Source: Podospora anserina (lineage: Eukaryota). Taken from it: 64,000 nt of DNA. Below are positions 33,111 to 45,819 of the stretch, piece after piece. The number at the start of each line of letters is the position of its first letter. Position 1 is the stretch's first letter. A model generated the notes under the pieces. It had not been told where the DNA came from. It did no database searches and worked only from the letters and a program-made list of their open reading frames with translations. The stretch is taken from assembly GCA_017654855.1 (NCBI GenBank), contig CM030333.1:1860001-1924000 (forward strand), given 5' to 3'. Both the position numbers and the translations under genes were made by a program.

Positions 33111-33369
33111 TTCCTTCGTTGCCAGGACGCTCACTGCCACAATCTCCCTTTGCCAGCCTCAAGTTGGCTTTGATTTTGAGCAACTTCGAAGTTGAGCTGC
33201 TGCCAGCAACACTCTCGCAACCTTATCTTCAATCTAACCCGGACTATCTGCGTTGGCCTCTGGTTGTTTCACAAGCCAACGCCTTTGCACCCATTTTAGT
33301 GCAGGCCTATCATTATGTGGAATTTTTTTGGGTAGTGGTGGCCAGAAACTTTGTCTCAGAATGTGGGTA

Positions 33370-34800
33370 TCTATGGAGGACAACGCAGTGGCCAAATATA
33401 TGAGGTTACAATGAGCCAAAAGTCTAGCCTGATGGCGATTGCTAGTTTCATGAGCCTTAGGATGTCTCGTCGAGTACTTTTCGAATTAAAAATGGTCCCC
33501 TGTTCATCGCAGCTTTCCGTAATGTCTCGGCCATCACAGGCAGTCAAACATCCGTCATCAGGTAGGGATGCGAGCATGCCAACTGCATGCAAGCATAGCC
33601 TGATCACATCCACACAAAAGTTCAGAATCCGGAGGGGAAACGCCTCCTGTCAGAACGGGCCGAAGTCTCGGAAAGCAGCTGGTCAATTGTATGTGTCCAA
33701 GACATGGATGGGTACAAGACACCCCACGCTTCAGTGTCCGTAGCCCCTATTACTGGGTGATTGACACGATGGTGGATACTGTGATTGGGGAGCCGAACAC
33801 GGGCAGGTACCAAAAGAGTCACCATAATCTGCAAGCACGGCGGCTGTCAACCATGAAATTCCGCCATAAAATGTAACAGTGGATGTCTTAACTGAAGACC
33901 TGGTGTCCACGAAGAGGTGGGTACCCTAGTACCAGGGCAAAGTGACAGACCAAGCATCTCGGACATGGCTCCGCTGACAACAGCATCACATTAGGCTCGA
34001 GCTTCTTCTTTCAGATATACTTGCATCAATGCGGGGGCCTCCATCCAGGTTAGGCAGATGGAACTGATGTCAGAACTTTGGGGCAGGAGGGCAGCCGCCC
34101 TCTTTCGCGAGTCTGGCAGCACTCACCCATCTTGACTTTGCTACTGATCACCCCCGGCCCATTTTCGGCCTGATTGGCATGACCATACAACTAGAGAATG
34201 TGTCGGAGGCTGTTTCAATACCTCGATGGTCGGTTTACCGAGCATACCAATGGTATGCCTCATCACAATCTCCTACGGGTGGTACCGGTTTATTTTTCAT
34301 TGCCTCTCCCTTGATCATCTGTCGAATGCTGCCGCAGTCAGTTATCAGGAGAAACAGCATTTGTAACTCCTCTTGCCACGGGTCGTAGACCAGAATCAAT
34401 CGACTGCTTCGGGTAGAAGGTATTCTGCCGCATATATCCGGGCATCACACCATGCTTCGACCATATCGAGTAGTGAACACTTCGACAGGCGCCCACGGGC
34501 TGATCTCCCAACCGGCGTCCTCTCAGCTAAGCAACAGTTCCGCGAACAATCGCTCACTGGATGTCACGAATATCGAACTAGTATCACTTAGTACCCGAAC
34601 CATTGAAGACATTAGACCTGGAGAAGAGTGTGTATACGACTGTGTTGTCCGAGTCCGATTCGGTGCCGAGGTCCGTGGACACGTATTTGTTCAGCTCATC
34701 GCTGTCTTTTGCCTCCCCAAGGAAGCCCAAGACGGATGCGTGGACAAAGTCCGGCGGCAAACGGGTGTTAAGCACCAACACCATCAACTCCCATTCTCAC
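33370..34800 (-). pseudogene. Possible decayed gene remnant of unknown family
   Basis: Protein-like fragments in shifting minus-strand frames (e.g. RLILVYDPWQEELQMLFLLITDCGSIRQMIKG, DVIRLCLHAVGMLASL) broken by many stops. Confidence 0.25.
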
Positions 34801-35783
34801 TATACTTGATCAGGATTGTTCAGTAGATACGCATTCAAGTTTATACCAAGAAAATAGCTCATCGTGGATGTGTGGTACTGTCTGGGCAGTGCACTTGATG
34901 ACGAACCGCTTGCCCTTTCCAAACCCGCATGCAACCAGACATCACGTATTGCGTGCCATCGCCGCCAAGATAAAGCTGGATAGGTACCTAATCTGTCACC
35001 GGTTCCATGGTAGCTGGGTGCCAAAGGCTGATCCCAAGTGACAGGACTGTAGAGAACATGTCGAGTGGGTGTCCGGCATCGAGTACGAGCATTGAAGGGC
35101 CACAGAGTACCCTACCTCCGCGGATCAAGAGGAGACTAGCTGTTCCAACCAAGGATAGTCGCGTTTGTCACGGTCAAGTCACAAAGTCCAGCCAGCCACC
35201 CCACATCACGCTGCCTGAGCGGTTTGAGATGGCGCACGTCGCACCCCCCCCCCCTTATTCTGATTCTGGACCACCTCAGTTCTTGAGTCCGGGGCATCTC
35301 CCCGTTGAATAGGATTACCTGACATGTCTGGCCTTCCGCCGATTACCTACCCTGTCATTCGACTGTCACTTAGACAGTGGAGCCGAGCAGCGGCTGCGGT
35401 AAGTCTTCCTGTTGGATCGGATTTGGATCTTCACCCAAGCCTGAGCTACACTAGGTTAGCCCCCCACGATGCCCCAGTCATCCCCTGAGCCGGCCGGCAG
35501 CATTATTGGCAACGGTGTGTAGTGCAATTGCTTCGAGTAAGATGGAGGCGAGGTGGGCGAGCAACTCGGAGAGTACATGCTGTTCTTAGCTTTACTGGCC
35601 CTTGGTTCGACGCTGACAGGATATCCAGCCACGTCTCATGGGGATTTCCTGCGGTGAAGGTCACAACAGGCATGACGCCGGGTACCTGTAGGAAGCAAAC
35701 TACTTGATGACTCGCGGTGCAGTTGACAACTTGCTCAAGACCGGCATGCCAATCCCTGAAGTCTTGGGACTCCCCAGGGCTCC

Positions 35784-36700
35784 ATGTTGATAGTCCCCTT
35801 TCAATGCCTGTCTTGCTATATATCCATTTACGATGTGGAACAACACACTTGGTGGCTGGACACAAGCCGCAAACACTGTGCGGAGGATTTTCCGACGCAC
35901 AGGCTGATACGGCATCCGTGGTATATCACCTACCTACCTCGTCAGCACCCCACCGCACCTGCAGAGCCTCCTCCCTCTGCTTTCTCTTCATCTTTCCGCC
36001 TGTCTCGACTCCTTTGCTACCTCGACCACCTCGACCACGAAAGGCACACGACAATGGTTATGTTTCGAGAATTACGGGCTCTAGTCGAGACATTGACGCC
36101 CGCATTCCATCATTGATGCCGCACGCTCTCATCCGTCTGTATCTAAATACGAAAAATTGCGGTAGCCGTCTGATGTCCACCTCCATCTCTTTTTCTTATC
36201 TTCTCGCCCATTCGACCGAAGCTTCTTCTCCACGATGGAAGCCCCCGCCGCGCACGATCGGAAGAAGTTGCCGAGGGTACCCATGTCTTTCTCTTTAGGC
36301 CTGGACGCTGGTCCCCATCTGATTTCGACACTACTACAACGAGTCAGCATCATCCCTGGTTGTGGAGCTCTCAGCAAGGAACCATAGTGACGCTTCATGT
36401 ATTGGGTCTGAGGTATGGCGGGCATGTTGCAAGGAGAAATCAACCGTGTGTCAGGGAGCCATCGCTTCTGCGAACCAACCGGACTTTTGGAACGAAAATT
36501 TGCTCAGACTCTCGTCAACTACGGCTTTCGCGGTGAGCAACGAGTTTTCCTTGACTCGACGAACTCATTGACAGCTCCAGCCTCAGTATAGCTGTGTTGT
36601 CCATGCAATACAAGCAAACTCGTAAGCCTGCTGAAGAACTGGCTAATCGACTTGTCATGCACGACCATTCGCGCCCAAGAGTCGGCCATCAGGAACGAGC
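35784..36700 (+). pseudogene. Possible degenerate gene, weak resemblance to fungal F-box-type proteins
   Basis: Fragments YDVEQHTWWLD, VMFRELRALVETL, LIRLYLNTKNCGS...FSYLL and LLQRVSIIPG in different frames. The resemblance is from memory only. Confidence 0.22.
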
Positions 36701-37468
36701 GACTCGAGTGCCCATAAGCAGACGTCCACCTGTCTCTTGCACACTGCCGGCTTTTCAAACGATCAAAACAACGTACCGAATCGACGAGAACGAATCCCAC
36801 ACACCCAGCTCGACAGTTATTGCAAACATTATCTCCTTGGCGATCTCCCATCCGTCCAGACTTTCGGATGAGTCGGGCGAGGCTCACGAGCCTTGCCAAC
36901 GAGGCCCGACAGCTACTACTTTGGGGGTCTACGCTAAAAAGGAATGGCATTCAGTTCCTTTTAGAGCTGTCTCTATGGGATCGGCATGACTCGCAGCCTC
37001 GAACGTCCGAAACATTTCTAGTCGCCACTCGCCAAGCAACTGCGTTCTAGTTTCCGTCGGAAACTCCCACTCGATCGAGGGACAACAACAAGCGTTAGGC
37101 CAAGACGGGCGCCATCTTGACAGCCCGGAAACAGTCTAGATCGCGGGTTTACTAGGGGATGGCGCCGTGCCAGCGTTTGAGGCCTGTTGATGGGATTGAT
37201 GTAGTGTTCGCTGCATCGCCCAAATAACTACACTGAATTGCTAACAGAGAAGGATTCGGCTTTAGGGAACAGACCTCCCCGGCTGCTTTGTCACCTAAGC
37301 GAACGCGGGCTGTCGGAGTGTTGGGGAAGATGGGATCAAAATCCAGCTAGAAAAACGAGGGCACAATTCAAGAGCAGGACGACAGAATAGGCAAAATATG
37401 GGCATGAAAGTGGATGGATCTCCCCAGCAGCCAGCTGCAAATCTCGAGGGCAATATAGATCGTGTTTA

Positions 37469-38710
37469 CTACACCTGCCCAGAACCCCCTGGCACAGCTT
37501 GAGCAGCTCCTTGCTCCTTGACAACCCGCCTAAAGTTCTTTGGGAATCTCCTCGCCAACCTGAACTGCTCCGTTTCTTCTTCCACCGCGGCAGGAAGGTG
37601 CTCCCTCCAGGTGCCAGCCATGTCTGATCCGAATCCGAGTTTTCCACCCCACGACCAAGAGATGACGCGCTCTGCTCTTGCGCCTTCAGGGGCATGCAGG
37701 AGGCCGGGGGCGATGTCGACCATGTCTGGGCGGGAGTCGCAGGCGTAAAAGACCACGGCTGAGCAAGTGCTGCAGTGGTAGCGCTGGACGCCTTGGGAGC
37801 TGGGGTAGAGGGATAATGTGCCGAGTCTGGGGTCGGTTCCAATGGCGGATTGGAGGGCGGTGGTGTCGAGGGGAAGGGGGGAGGTGGGATCAGAGGCAAA
37901 GGTGATGTGTTTTAGCTCTGCAAAGGTCCAGGCAAAGATCTCGGTTCCGGAGACGAGGCGGCAGTCGGAGCAGCCGTCGAGTGAGCCGAGGAGTTTGTAA
38001 CTCTCTGGATCGACGAACCAAGGCAGTTGCCCCCCCTTTGACTGGCGTTCTTTCAAGTCCCTTTGGGCATTGCCGGCTTTGAGGACGAAGTCGACGCCGC
38101 CGCAGTGGCATTTGAGGGGGATGTTGCCCTCTTTTTCGGGAAGGTGGAGGAGGTTGTCAGCATGGGAAAGGAGTATGTTTTTATCCTCGGGCCAGTATCC
38201 CTCCGAGGTGATTTCTTTAGACTTTTCTCTCCAGCCTAGCCAGCGTCGGGGTTTGGCGGCGGAGGGAGGGTTGAGACCGTTGAGCCAGGGGACTGCCCCG
38301 CCGTCGATGGTGTCGGCTAGGAACATGTGAGCGTCCCATTCTATGAGGTTTTGGCCTAGTGGCAGTGGGGAGGAAGGGGTGAGGACGCCGGTGAAGGCGA
38401 GGTAATTGGTGACGCCGGGGGTGGAGTTGTCTTCCCAGAAGAGGGTGGTGGAGCAGTGACTGCAAAAGTAGATGTTTAAGCGGGGGGAGAAGGCATATTG
38501 TTTGAGGTTGTCAGAGGGTTGGGGAGGGGGCCCGGGCCAGAGGATGTCGGTGGAGCCGCGCAGGGAGCCGGTGAGGTGCCGACAGGAGTTGCAGTGGCAG
38601 TTTGTTGCTTTGAGAGGGAGGGAGGTGGTGGGGATGGGTTTGGAGGTGAAGGTCAGGGCGCGGCAGTGGCATTGGGCTGTGAGGGTGATGGTATCGGTGT
38701 TGGACTCCAT
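37469..38710 (-). CDS. Tandem GFA/CENP-V (Mss4-like) zinc-binding domain protein
   Basis: Two modules: AQCHC...CHCNSCR...FCSHCSTTLFW and KCHCGGV...DGCSDCR...YHCSTCSAVVFY. Confidence 0.9.
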   Translation of the reverse strand: MESNTDTITLTAQCHCRALTFTSKPIPTTSLPLKATNCHCNSCRHLTGSLRGSTDILWPGPPPQPSDNLKQYAFSPRLNIYFCSHCSTTLFWEDNSTPGVTNYLAFTGVLTPSSPLPLGQNLIEWDAHMFLADTIDGGAVPWLNGLNPPSAAKPRRWLGWREKSKEITSEGYWPEDKNILLSHADNLLHLPEKEGNIPLKCHCGGVDFVLKAGNAQRDLKERQSKGGQLPWFVDPESYKLLGSLDGCSDCRLVSGTEIFAWTFAELKHITFASDPTSPLPLDTTALQSAIGTDPRLGTLSLYPSSQGVQRYHCSTCSAVVFYACDSRPDMVDIAPGLLHAPEGARAERVISWSWGGKLGFGSDMAGTWREHLPAAVEEETEQFRLARRFPKNFRRVVKEQGAAQAVPGGSGQV

Positions 38711-39249
38711 AGTGGTGCTGATGGGTTGGGTTGTTTGATGGTGGGACAGGATGGCGGTGACAGGTGCGGGGGCAGGTCAATATATAGCCCACTTAGGAGA
38801 TAACGTGTTGGTTAAGAGATGCAGTTTGTATTACCTCCTAAAGTGTGGGTGATCTATCGTGAATACGCTTGATACGCCCGGCAGGCAAAGGCTGTCACCC
38901 GAAAGGCGTCGTGAGCTCCAATGGAAAGCGCGGTTGAGAACCAATCTGACGTCACTTAATTGGCTGTTCAATAATGGGCGATGCTCTCTCGGAATAGTTC
39001 CTCTTTGGGCACCGGCCGGTAACATGAGAACACATGGACAAAAGTAGTTCATCTCCGAGGAAATTCTGTAGTTTGTTTCCAACTACAACTAGAGGAAGAG
39101 TAATCCAACAACTCCTGAGTGGGAAAATCTCCGATCCAACCATGCTCCAGAAAAGACTTACACACCTTGTTGTATACCCACCCCCACAAACTCCAAAACA
39201 GCCAAATCCGATGTAAATGCTAATGATGCCCGTCCGTTTCTGCTTTTGT

Positions 39250-40939
39250 CTATGCCAACCGCTCATCGTTGCGCGCAATGGCACTTGGGCTTGCGAACCC
39301 ATTCTGTTGGCTGCCTTCGTTCTTTAGTAGCTTCCTGCTTGCTGCTTTGTCGTCATCTTCGTCGTCTGTCATGAGACCATCAAGCTCAAACTCGCTGGCA
39401 TCCTGCACCTGAGCCTCGTCACTACTGCGAGCGTGGCCGTTGAGGGAAATCATGGACGGGGGGTTGGCGGCACGGTCGTAGACGTTGGTGAACATCATGA
39501 CGACCAAAAACACCAGGAAGGCCAAGCTGTACATGATCAAAATGTACGCCACGGCGTCCATTCCGGAACCGGCAATGAATGCCATTTGTTCTTCGGTAGC
39601 GCCCATAAACAGGAAGCCTGAGGCGTAGAGAAGCTGTATTTGTGTGTTAGCAACACATTGAAGTAGCCGGTTAGCAAAGACTTACAAAAACAGGAACGTA
39701 TTGGAAGCTGTTGATCTGTGTCCCGTCCTCTGATACGCCTGCCTTGTCCCTGAGCACAAAAGAGATTTCGATGATGCGAGTGACACCAACGGCCATCAAT
39801 GTATACCCAAATGCCGCGTGTGTCATCGCACTCGTCATCAGCTCCTGAGGATGCGCCGACATGGCCCATCCTGTAATGAAGATGACAAAGCCAGGGACGA
39901 AGTTGCGCTTGGGGGTGCCGTCTCGGCCCTTGCTCAGCCAAACTCCAGCAAGGCCGGCGCTCCACCAAATGATGCCCATGGTCGTGTGCTGCCAGTCATT
40001 CCTGACCCATTCGGTTCCCCATCTGTGCTCAGTAAAGGTGTTGACACAACCCCATGCAGCAATAACGGCGCTGTCGAAGAACTCTTGGCTGCGGCCAGTC
40101 CGACGGAGCCAAACCTGACCAACGAGCAGCACGATGGTAAGGAGGACGCCATATGCGATGAAGGCACTGCCCATGATGAAGTGAGCGGCACATTGTCCCA
40201 GGTGATCACCCTGGCAAAAGCCCAGTAGAGTGATACCTCCAAACAGCATCTGAACCCATGATAGCAGCGGGAATGCTTTTCCGTTGACGCTGTGAAGAAT
40301 GCGAATGAAGGGACGGATACGGCCGTGGATGCCCCGCTCGAGATGTAGCTTCAAGTAGACGCCCAAGACAATCTGAGCAACCAGAAGAAAGAACAACGGT
40401 GTCGCGGCCTTTGCGTGGGCGTTTTCCGGGTTAAATTCGCGGCCCTTGTGGAGATGGCCGAGGACGTAGCCTAGCAATGCCAGTACGGTGCTGCCAACTT
40501 GTAGTGGGACGTGCCAACGGCTTTTGACGATCTGGGTGTGCGCGCCATTGTCAGCCCCTGCTCTTCGCTTCGAGATGTCGATAACAACCCCTGCTACGCC
40601 GTTGACTTACCCCAAGCACCATCCCCAAGGGAAACAGTATCCCAAAGGTAAACGTCTGTAAAAATATGTGTATCCATAGTGTTGTGTCCTGGTATGTTGT
40701 CAGCAAGACTCGATGCCCTGGATTCCAATGCTGCCCAGAACTCATGTCCAACATACGATTGGATCCAGCGATATGGTTGACCCTTCCGGGATGTTGTCCC
40801 CGCCGTGATTTCCATGCGATAGCGCCATTGGGAGAAGTGCGGCGGCTATTGTGATCCTGGCGATCGAAGGAGAGATTCGAGGGACATAACGCAACAGAGA
40901 CGAGGAGCCAATGCTCCCCGCTTGGGTAGCAAAAGTCAT
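39250..40939 (-). CDS. YTP1: Ytp1-like integral membrane protein (DUF2427; 4 exons)
   Basis: DTTLWIHI...GILFPLGMVLG|IVKSRWHVPLQ, GFCQGDHLGQCAAHFIMGSAFIAYG, RSQEFFDS, NTFTEHRWG, DWQHTTMGIIWW and FMGATEEQ. The start codon is uncertain. Confidence 0.88.
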
Positions 40940-41124
40940 GGCGAGGACTCGGCTTCGGCAGGACAAGCAGCTCCCTGGAAGACCGCTTCACTGTGGACGA
41001 ACTTGCGCAACTTTGGCACGAATGCACGGATCACCGGTGTCGAAAAGATCAGATGAATGCGGGCGATGACGTTACTGTTATCGTGGGGTTCGTGGCGGGC
41101 GACGGACAATGAAGGTGCAACCGA

Positions 41125-41160
41125 GAACAGGAACAGGAACAGGAACAGGAACAGGAACAG
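41125..41160. repeat. Microsatellite (GAACAG)6
   Basis: Six perfect hexamer copies, upstream of or within the 5' leader of the Ytp1-like gene. Confidence 0.95.
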
Positions 41161-41763
41161 GGCTTTCAGGTGCCAGCCGCGGTGGCCAGAAGTTTAACGT
41201 TATAAAGGGAGCATGAGAATTTGATCCTTCTTGGAAAAAAAGGGATGGGCTTTTCGATCCGGCCTCTTCGGCATCGGAATCTTGACCAAGTTGCTTGGAT
41301 TTCCTTGGACAACTCGGCGCTCATATCGACCTGTAACTGCTTCACCCATGCAGTCGGGTACTCGCTCCTCGGCATTGGGATGCGTGATTGGCCAAGCAAG
41401 CAATTCTGTGGGTCTCAATCTAACTGCTTTTGGCCAAGCCTGGGCGCCGGGACATACTGGCTTGTCCAAGTGGGCATGTTCCTCATGTTTCCTCGAGTCG
41501 ACATCTTGGGAGATGGAAAAACATCGCCAGTTGTTTCACACATTTTGCTCAAGATGTTGGTGTGAGTCGCACAGAGATTGCCATTCGGGGCTTACTGGTA
41601 ACATTGCGCAGGTACCGTCAGCTTCGCCAAAGGTACTCTGCAGCGGCCGGGGCCACTGTTCATCTCTTGGCACCGTTACACAGCCATCCGGACAATCAGG
41701 GCACAACAGACAAGCTTTTGAGGCTTCATTAACTCAGGTTGGCAATTAATAATAACAGCGCAA

Positions 41764-42981
41764 TTATTTTCCCTGGGCAGCGAGCTTCATGTCGGCCTCC
41801 CACTCCTTTTGCATCTCGTCTGCAAACACATCATCGGTCAAGACCTTCCACCCCACTAGAGCCATGCCTTTCCCGCACTCCACCGCTCTCGCAAACGCGT
41901 CCTCCGTTGCGGCGGCCCTCGTAAATCCCTTGGTGTGGTTCGGCGAGCCCTCCTCCGTGCCGATTCCGAAAACACCGTGGAACCCGGGGCACTCGTAGCA
42001 GACGTCGCCCATGTCGGTGCTACCAGCTAGAATATCCTTTGGCTCGTCATAAGAGACCGTTCCCTCCGGCATCGCCTCGACATATGCCTTGCACAGCGAT
42101 GCGCTTGGTCGAACGTCGGCATACGAGTTGAGGGGCTCCGTGTGCATCTGGCAGCCGGTTGCGAGCGCAGCGCCCTCAAAACACTTCAGCACTCGCTGCC
42201 ACAGCGCCTCCGCCTGCGCGCGTGTTTGGCTGCGGATGTAGTATTCGACACAGCAGTTCCCCGGTGTGACGTTGGGCCGGTCACCGGCCGATCTGAAGAT
42301 ACCGTGGATGCGATCGTACGGGCGAATTTGCTGGCGCAGCATGCTGATGGCATTGTACGAGAGGCACACAGCATCGAGTGCGTTGACTCCGTCCCAGGGC
42401 GCGATGGCCGCGTGCGACTCCTTGCCGGTGAAGTGGACACGGAACTTGACGTTGGCCAGCATGCGCACAAAAGAGACGCCCCGGATGTGGGACGGGAGGT
42501 TGTGGCCTGGCCCTGGATGGACCATCAACGCTGCCGAAGCTCCCTTGTAAGCGCCGGCTGCGATCAACTTCAATTTACCACCACCTCCTTCCTCGGCAGG
42601 AGTCCCCAGGAGACGAACACGACCTGGCAGGCCGGATGCCTTGAGAGCGGCCGCAACGCCAAGGAACGAGGCGAGCGATGCTGAGGCAATCAAGTTGTGT
42701 CCACAGGCGTGGCCGATGCCAGGAAGGGCGTCATACTCGGCATTGAAGACGACAAGACGGCCACCAGAGCCGAACTCGGCAGAGAATGATGTCTCGAGCC
42801 CAAAGGCATGGGGCGTCACCTTGAAGCCCAGTGAGGTCAGGATGGTGACGAAGGCTTCGTGTGCCTTGAACTCTTCATATGCCAGCTCGGGGTTGGAGTG
42901 TATTTGGTGGTTGATGGATGATATCTCGGCGTTTCTAGCCTGTATCTCATTTTCGATCACGGACGTCCACTGTTGAGCCAT
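41764..42981 (-). CDS. Peptidase M20 family amidohydrolase (PM20D2/ACY1L2-like)
   Basis: IHSNPELAYEEFKAH, NAEYDALPGIGHACGHNLIA, GTPAEEGGGGK, PWDGVNALDA and GSTDMGDV. Confidence 0.94.
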   Translation of the reverse strand: MAQQWTSVIENEIQARNAEISSINHQIHSNPELAYEEFKAHEAFVTILTSLGFKVTPHAFGLETSFSAEFGSGGRLVVFNAEYDALPGIGHACGHNLIASASLASFLGVAAALKASGLPGRVRLLGTPAEEGGGGKLKLIAAGAYKGASAALMVHPGPGHNLPSHIRGVSFVRMLANVKFRVHFTGKESHAAIAPWDGVNALDAVCLSYNAISMLRQQIRPYDRIHGIFRSAGDRPNVTPGNCCVEYYIRSQTRAQAEALWQRVLKCFEGAALATGCQMHTEPLNSYADVRPSASLCKAYVEAMPEGTVSYDEPKDILAGSTDMGDVCYECPGFHGVFGIGTEEGSPNHTKGFTRAAATEDAFARAVECGKGMALVGWKVLTDDVFADEMQKEWEADMKLAAQGK

Positions 42982-43403
42982 GTTGGTGAGGATGTTGATG
43001 AGGACTTTGAAAGGGATTGGTGATGGATGATGCCAGCCAGGAGAAGAACTCAAGTTGGGCAACCGTCTTATATCAGGTTTTGGACAGACCACAACGCCGA
43101 ATATCCTCAAAACGGTCCGCCAAGGTCTCTGCGAACGGCTCAACTCTCAGCATCACAAAGATCGGTCCGGCTGATGATGGCATTGGATGATTTGCCCTTG
43201 GCGCTCCCCGCCACGACAACCCCACCGTTCTTTGATGGTTTTGGTCACTTCAACCAATGGTGCGAGAGTGTGTTCAATTTCATCGAGACGGCCCTTCGTT
43301 CAATTACCTACTCACGCTACTCTGCCGATACCTGAGAGCAAATGATCTCATTGGATATACCGAGACGAAGGAGCCAATCGTGAACTCGACGCCAGGTACG
43401 CAG

Positions 43404-45199
43404 TCACCTCCGCATCCCCCACATGCCGCCGAAACCAGCAACTGGTACGCCGAGACACGAGGCTTGAAAGATGTCACGAATCTTGGCCATTCCAACCCTT
43501 GACCCACCCTCTTGAAGCAGCAACACACAACGCATTGCTTGAACAAGACCTTCATCTTTGAGTTCCCCCAACGCCCAGATTCGCTTGAACGGATCTATCG
43601 TCTCGATCCCCGCCCAGAACAGCGGCCATTGCATGCGATCTGGCTGGTCTTCTCTGCCGGTGGCCAAGCTTTTCTGGATGAGGAGCAACAAAGAATCAAC
43701 GACGTCGGCAATCTTGACAGTCTGGGGCTGGGGTGGAGAAAAGGCCAGATGTTCCTCAGTCAAACTGCATCGGAAGTGGTAGATACGGAGTGTATAAAAG
43801 TTCACTCCAGCCCAATCTGCGTTCAACATCACACGATCTCGGAGCGCAGCATTTGAAGCGGTTAGGCGTAGAACGCGAAGAGGACCTGGCTCACACTGCA
43901 AGGCCTGTATCTTGCTCAGGATTTCGTCGCTGGCCTTTGTATCCAGGGGCAGCTGTTCATCGGCAGCGTTATTGACCTCCTGCACGAGGACCCAGGTGTC
44001 GTGGATCATGTCAAGAGCGCTGGAGTTCTTCATGTCGTCCACAACCTCGTCATCGGGATACCTCTCGGCCCAGAACGATTCCAGAGTGGTTCTTGAAATC
44101 TTGTACAGATTTACCAAAGCTTGCCGAGAAGCTGACGAAGTTAGAAGCCTGGCAATCCTCCCACCTTCTCCTTGTGTGGCTGCTTGTGCATCAATCCAAA
44201 AAAGCCAAACCATAAGACGAGCCAACAGTGCCTTTTTCGACTCCGGCCAGGCCGGATTCTCCGCATCTGCAGAAGTCAACATTTGGTGGAGGTTGAAAGC
44301 CGTCAAGTACTCCTCCATCATCTTGCTGAGCTCACTCATCAGCATGCGGTTTCCTGCAGCATGGCGACGCTTCTGATGCAGGTAAAGGAACCAAAAACAG
44401 GACATGGCATTCAGGGGGTCGATTTCGCGACTTCGGATCTCTGCCTCCAGCTGCTGATGCCCGAGACGATAGTTTTCATCGGCGCGGGCAAACAGGGCGC
44501 CTTGGGATCCTGCTCGCCACGCCATTTCGTTCTGTGTTGCTGCCAGGAGGAGATGCAAGATAGCTTTGCTTTCGCGGGCCGTCTCCCACACAATAGCATG
44601 AGTAGACCAGTTGGGATTCTTCGCGCTCCCAAACCCAAACGTCGCGCTGCTACGGTACCATGCCAAAGCCTCGCGCTCCGCTTGGGACGGGGATACGCCC
44701 AAAGGCAGAGGGGCGAGAAGGGCATCGGAGCTGATGTGCATATCCAATGTTGGTTCGGGATACGGGACAGGAAACCATGGCATGAAGTCCGAGCAGCCTA
44801 GGCCCGTGAGAAAGCTGAAGCCTGGGATTATGGGCAGGTCGCTCATCGACAAGTCAACGTCCGGCGTCCAAGTGGATGCTTGAGCCTGAATGAGTTGGTC
44901 ATGTGTGTCGTTGACGGCGGGAGCTAAACGTCTAAGAGACCGACTTTCAGCTTGCGGGATGTCTTGCCCTGGCTGGTGGGTCTGTAGTTCCGGAGGAGGA
45001 GGCCATTCACACCCGGCCTTTTGCTTGACACACTTCAAGCAATCAGGGTGTCGCTCATCGCATTTGACATGTCTAGCACGGCACGTCAAGCAGCCTTGCA
45101 TTGATGCTCGGTCAGTCAAGTGGCTACCCAACCCCACGGGGGATGCTTACCGTTCTTGGATCTCGTCCCGGTTCTCGGTTCAGCGGAGGACATAGACAT
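43404..45199 (-). CDS. Zn(II)2Cys6 transcription factor with fungal-specific TF domain (2 exons)
   Basis: TRSKNG|CLTCRARHVKCDERHPDCLKCVKQKAGC is a canonical cluster. C-terminal WPLFWAGIE motif. GTAAGC intron near 45150. Confidence 0.92.
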
Positions 45200-45819
45200 C
45201 TTCTTGGTCTTGCCGACGCGATGTAAGCGTGTACCCGAGTTGGAACTTCGGCGAGGGTGTTGGTAAGTGACAATGGCGTGATGGAAGTCGGGTCATCAGG
45301 TTACCTACAGATTCAAGAGGCGACCCATTTTTATCTTATCATCTTCTCTTCACATGTCGTCCCTTCTTCGTTGGCGAAGGTGTGCTTGCGGGGTTGGGGG
45401 TGTGACTATTCAGCCTCGTTCTCACAGAGCTGACCCCTCATGGTCCTGGTGGTTGAAGTGTCGGCTCGACAGACCAATCATCTTAGACCGTCGCGTGAAC
45501 GCACCAATCGTCTTGTCTCTTCTGCGCGGTTTCTGCATGCACCGAGAGGACAGGGCTTGAAGGACAAATATTGGGTACGCTGCTGTCATCTACAGCTCAG
45601 ACTGGCCCAGCCGCAAGCATTGACACGAGGACTCAAGCCATGGTGTAAAAGGGTAAACACTTTCCGTCTCTCTATCCTCATACGTAAGTATCTGCATACA
45701 GGTTTTCTTCTATTCGTCTGCTCTAACACCCATTACAAACCCAGGTGCGCCACTCGGCTAGCTGGCTTGCACCTTCCACAACTTCCAATTATTCCTGCAA
45801 TGGTCTCTGGTATGTCCTA

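Noticed and set aside
34600-34645. SET-domain-like fragment IEDIRPGEECVYDC
   Set aside because: The upstream NHSC motif and the rest of the domain are missing, so it is likely chance.
43000-43143. 54-aa N-terminal extension of the M20 ORF
   Set aside because: It starts at a non-ATG codon. ATG 42981 has a good context and matches the expected domain start.
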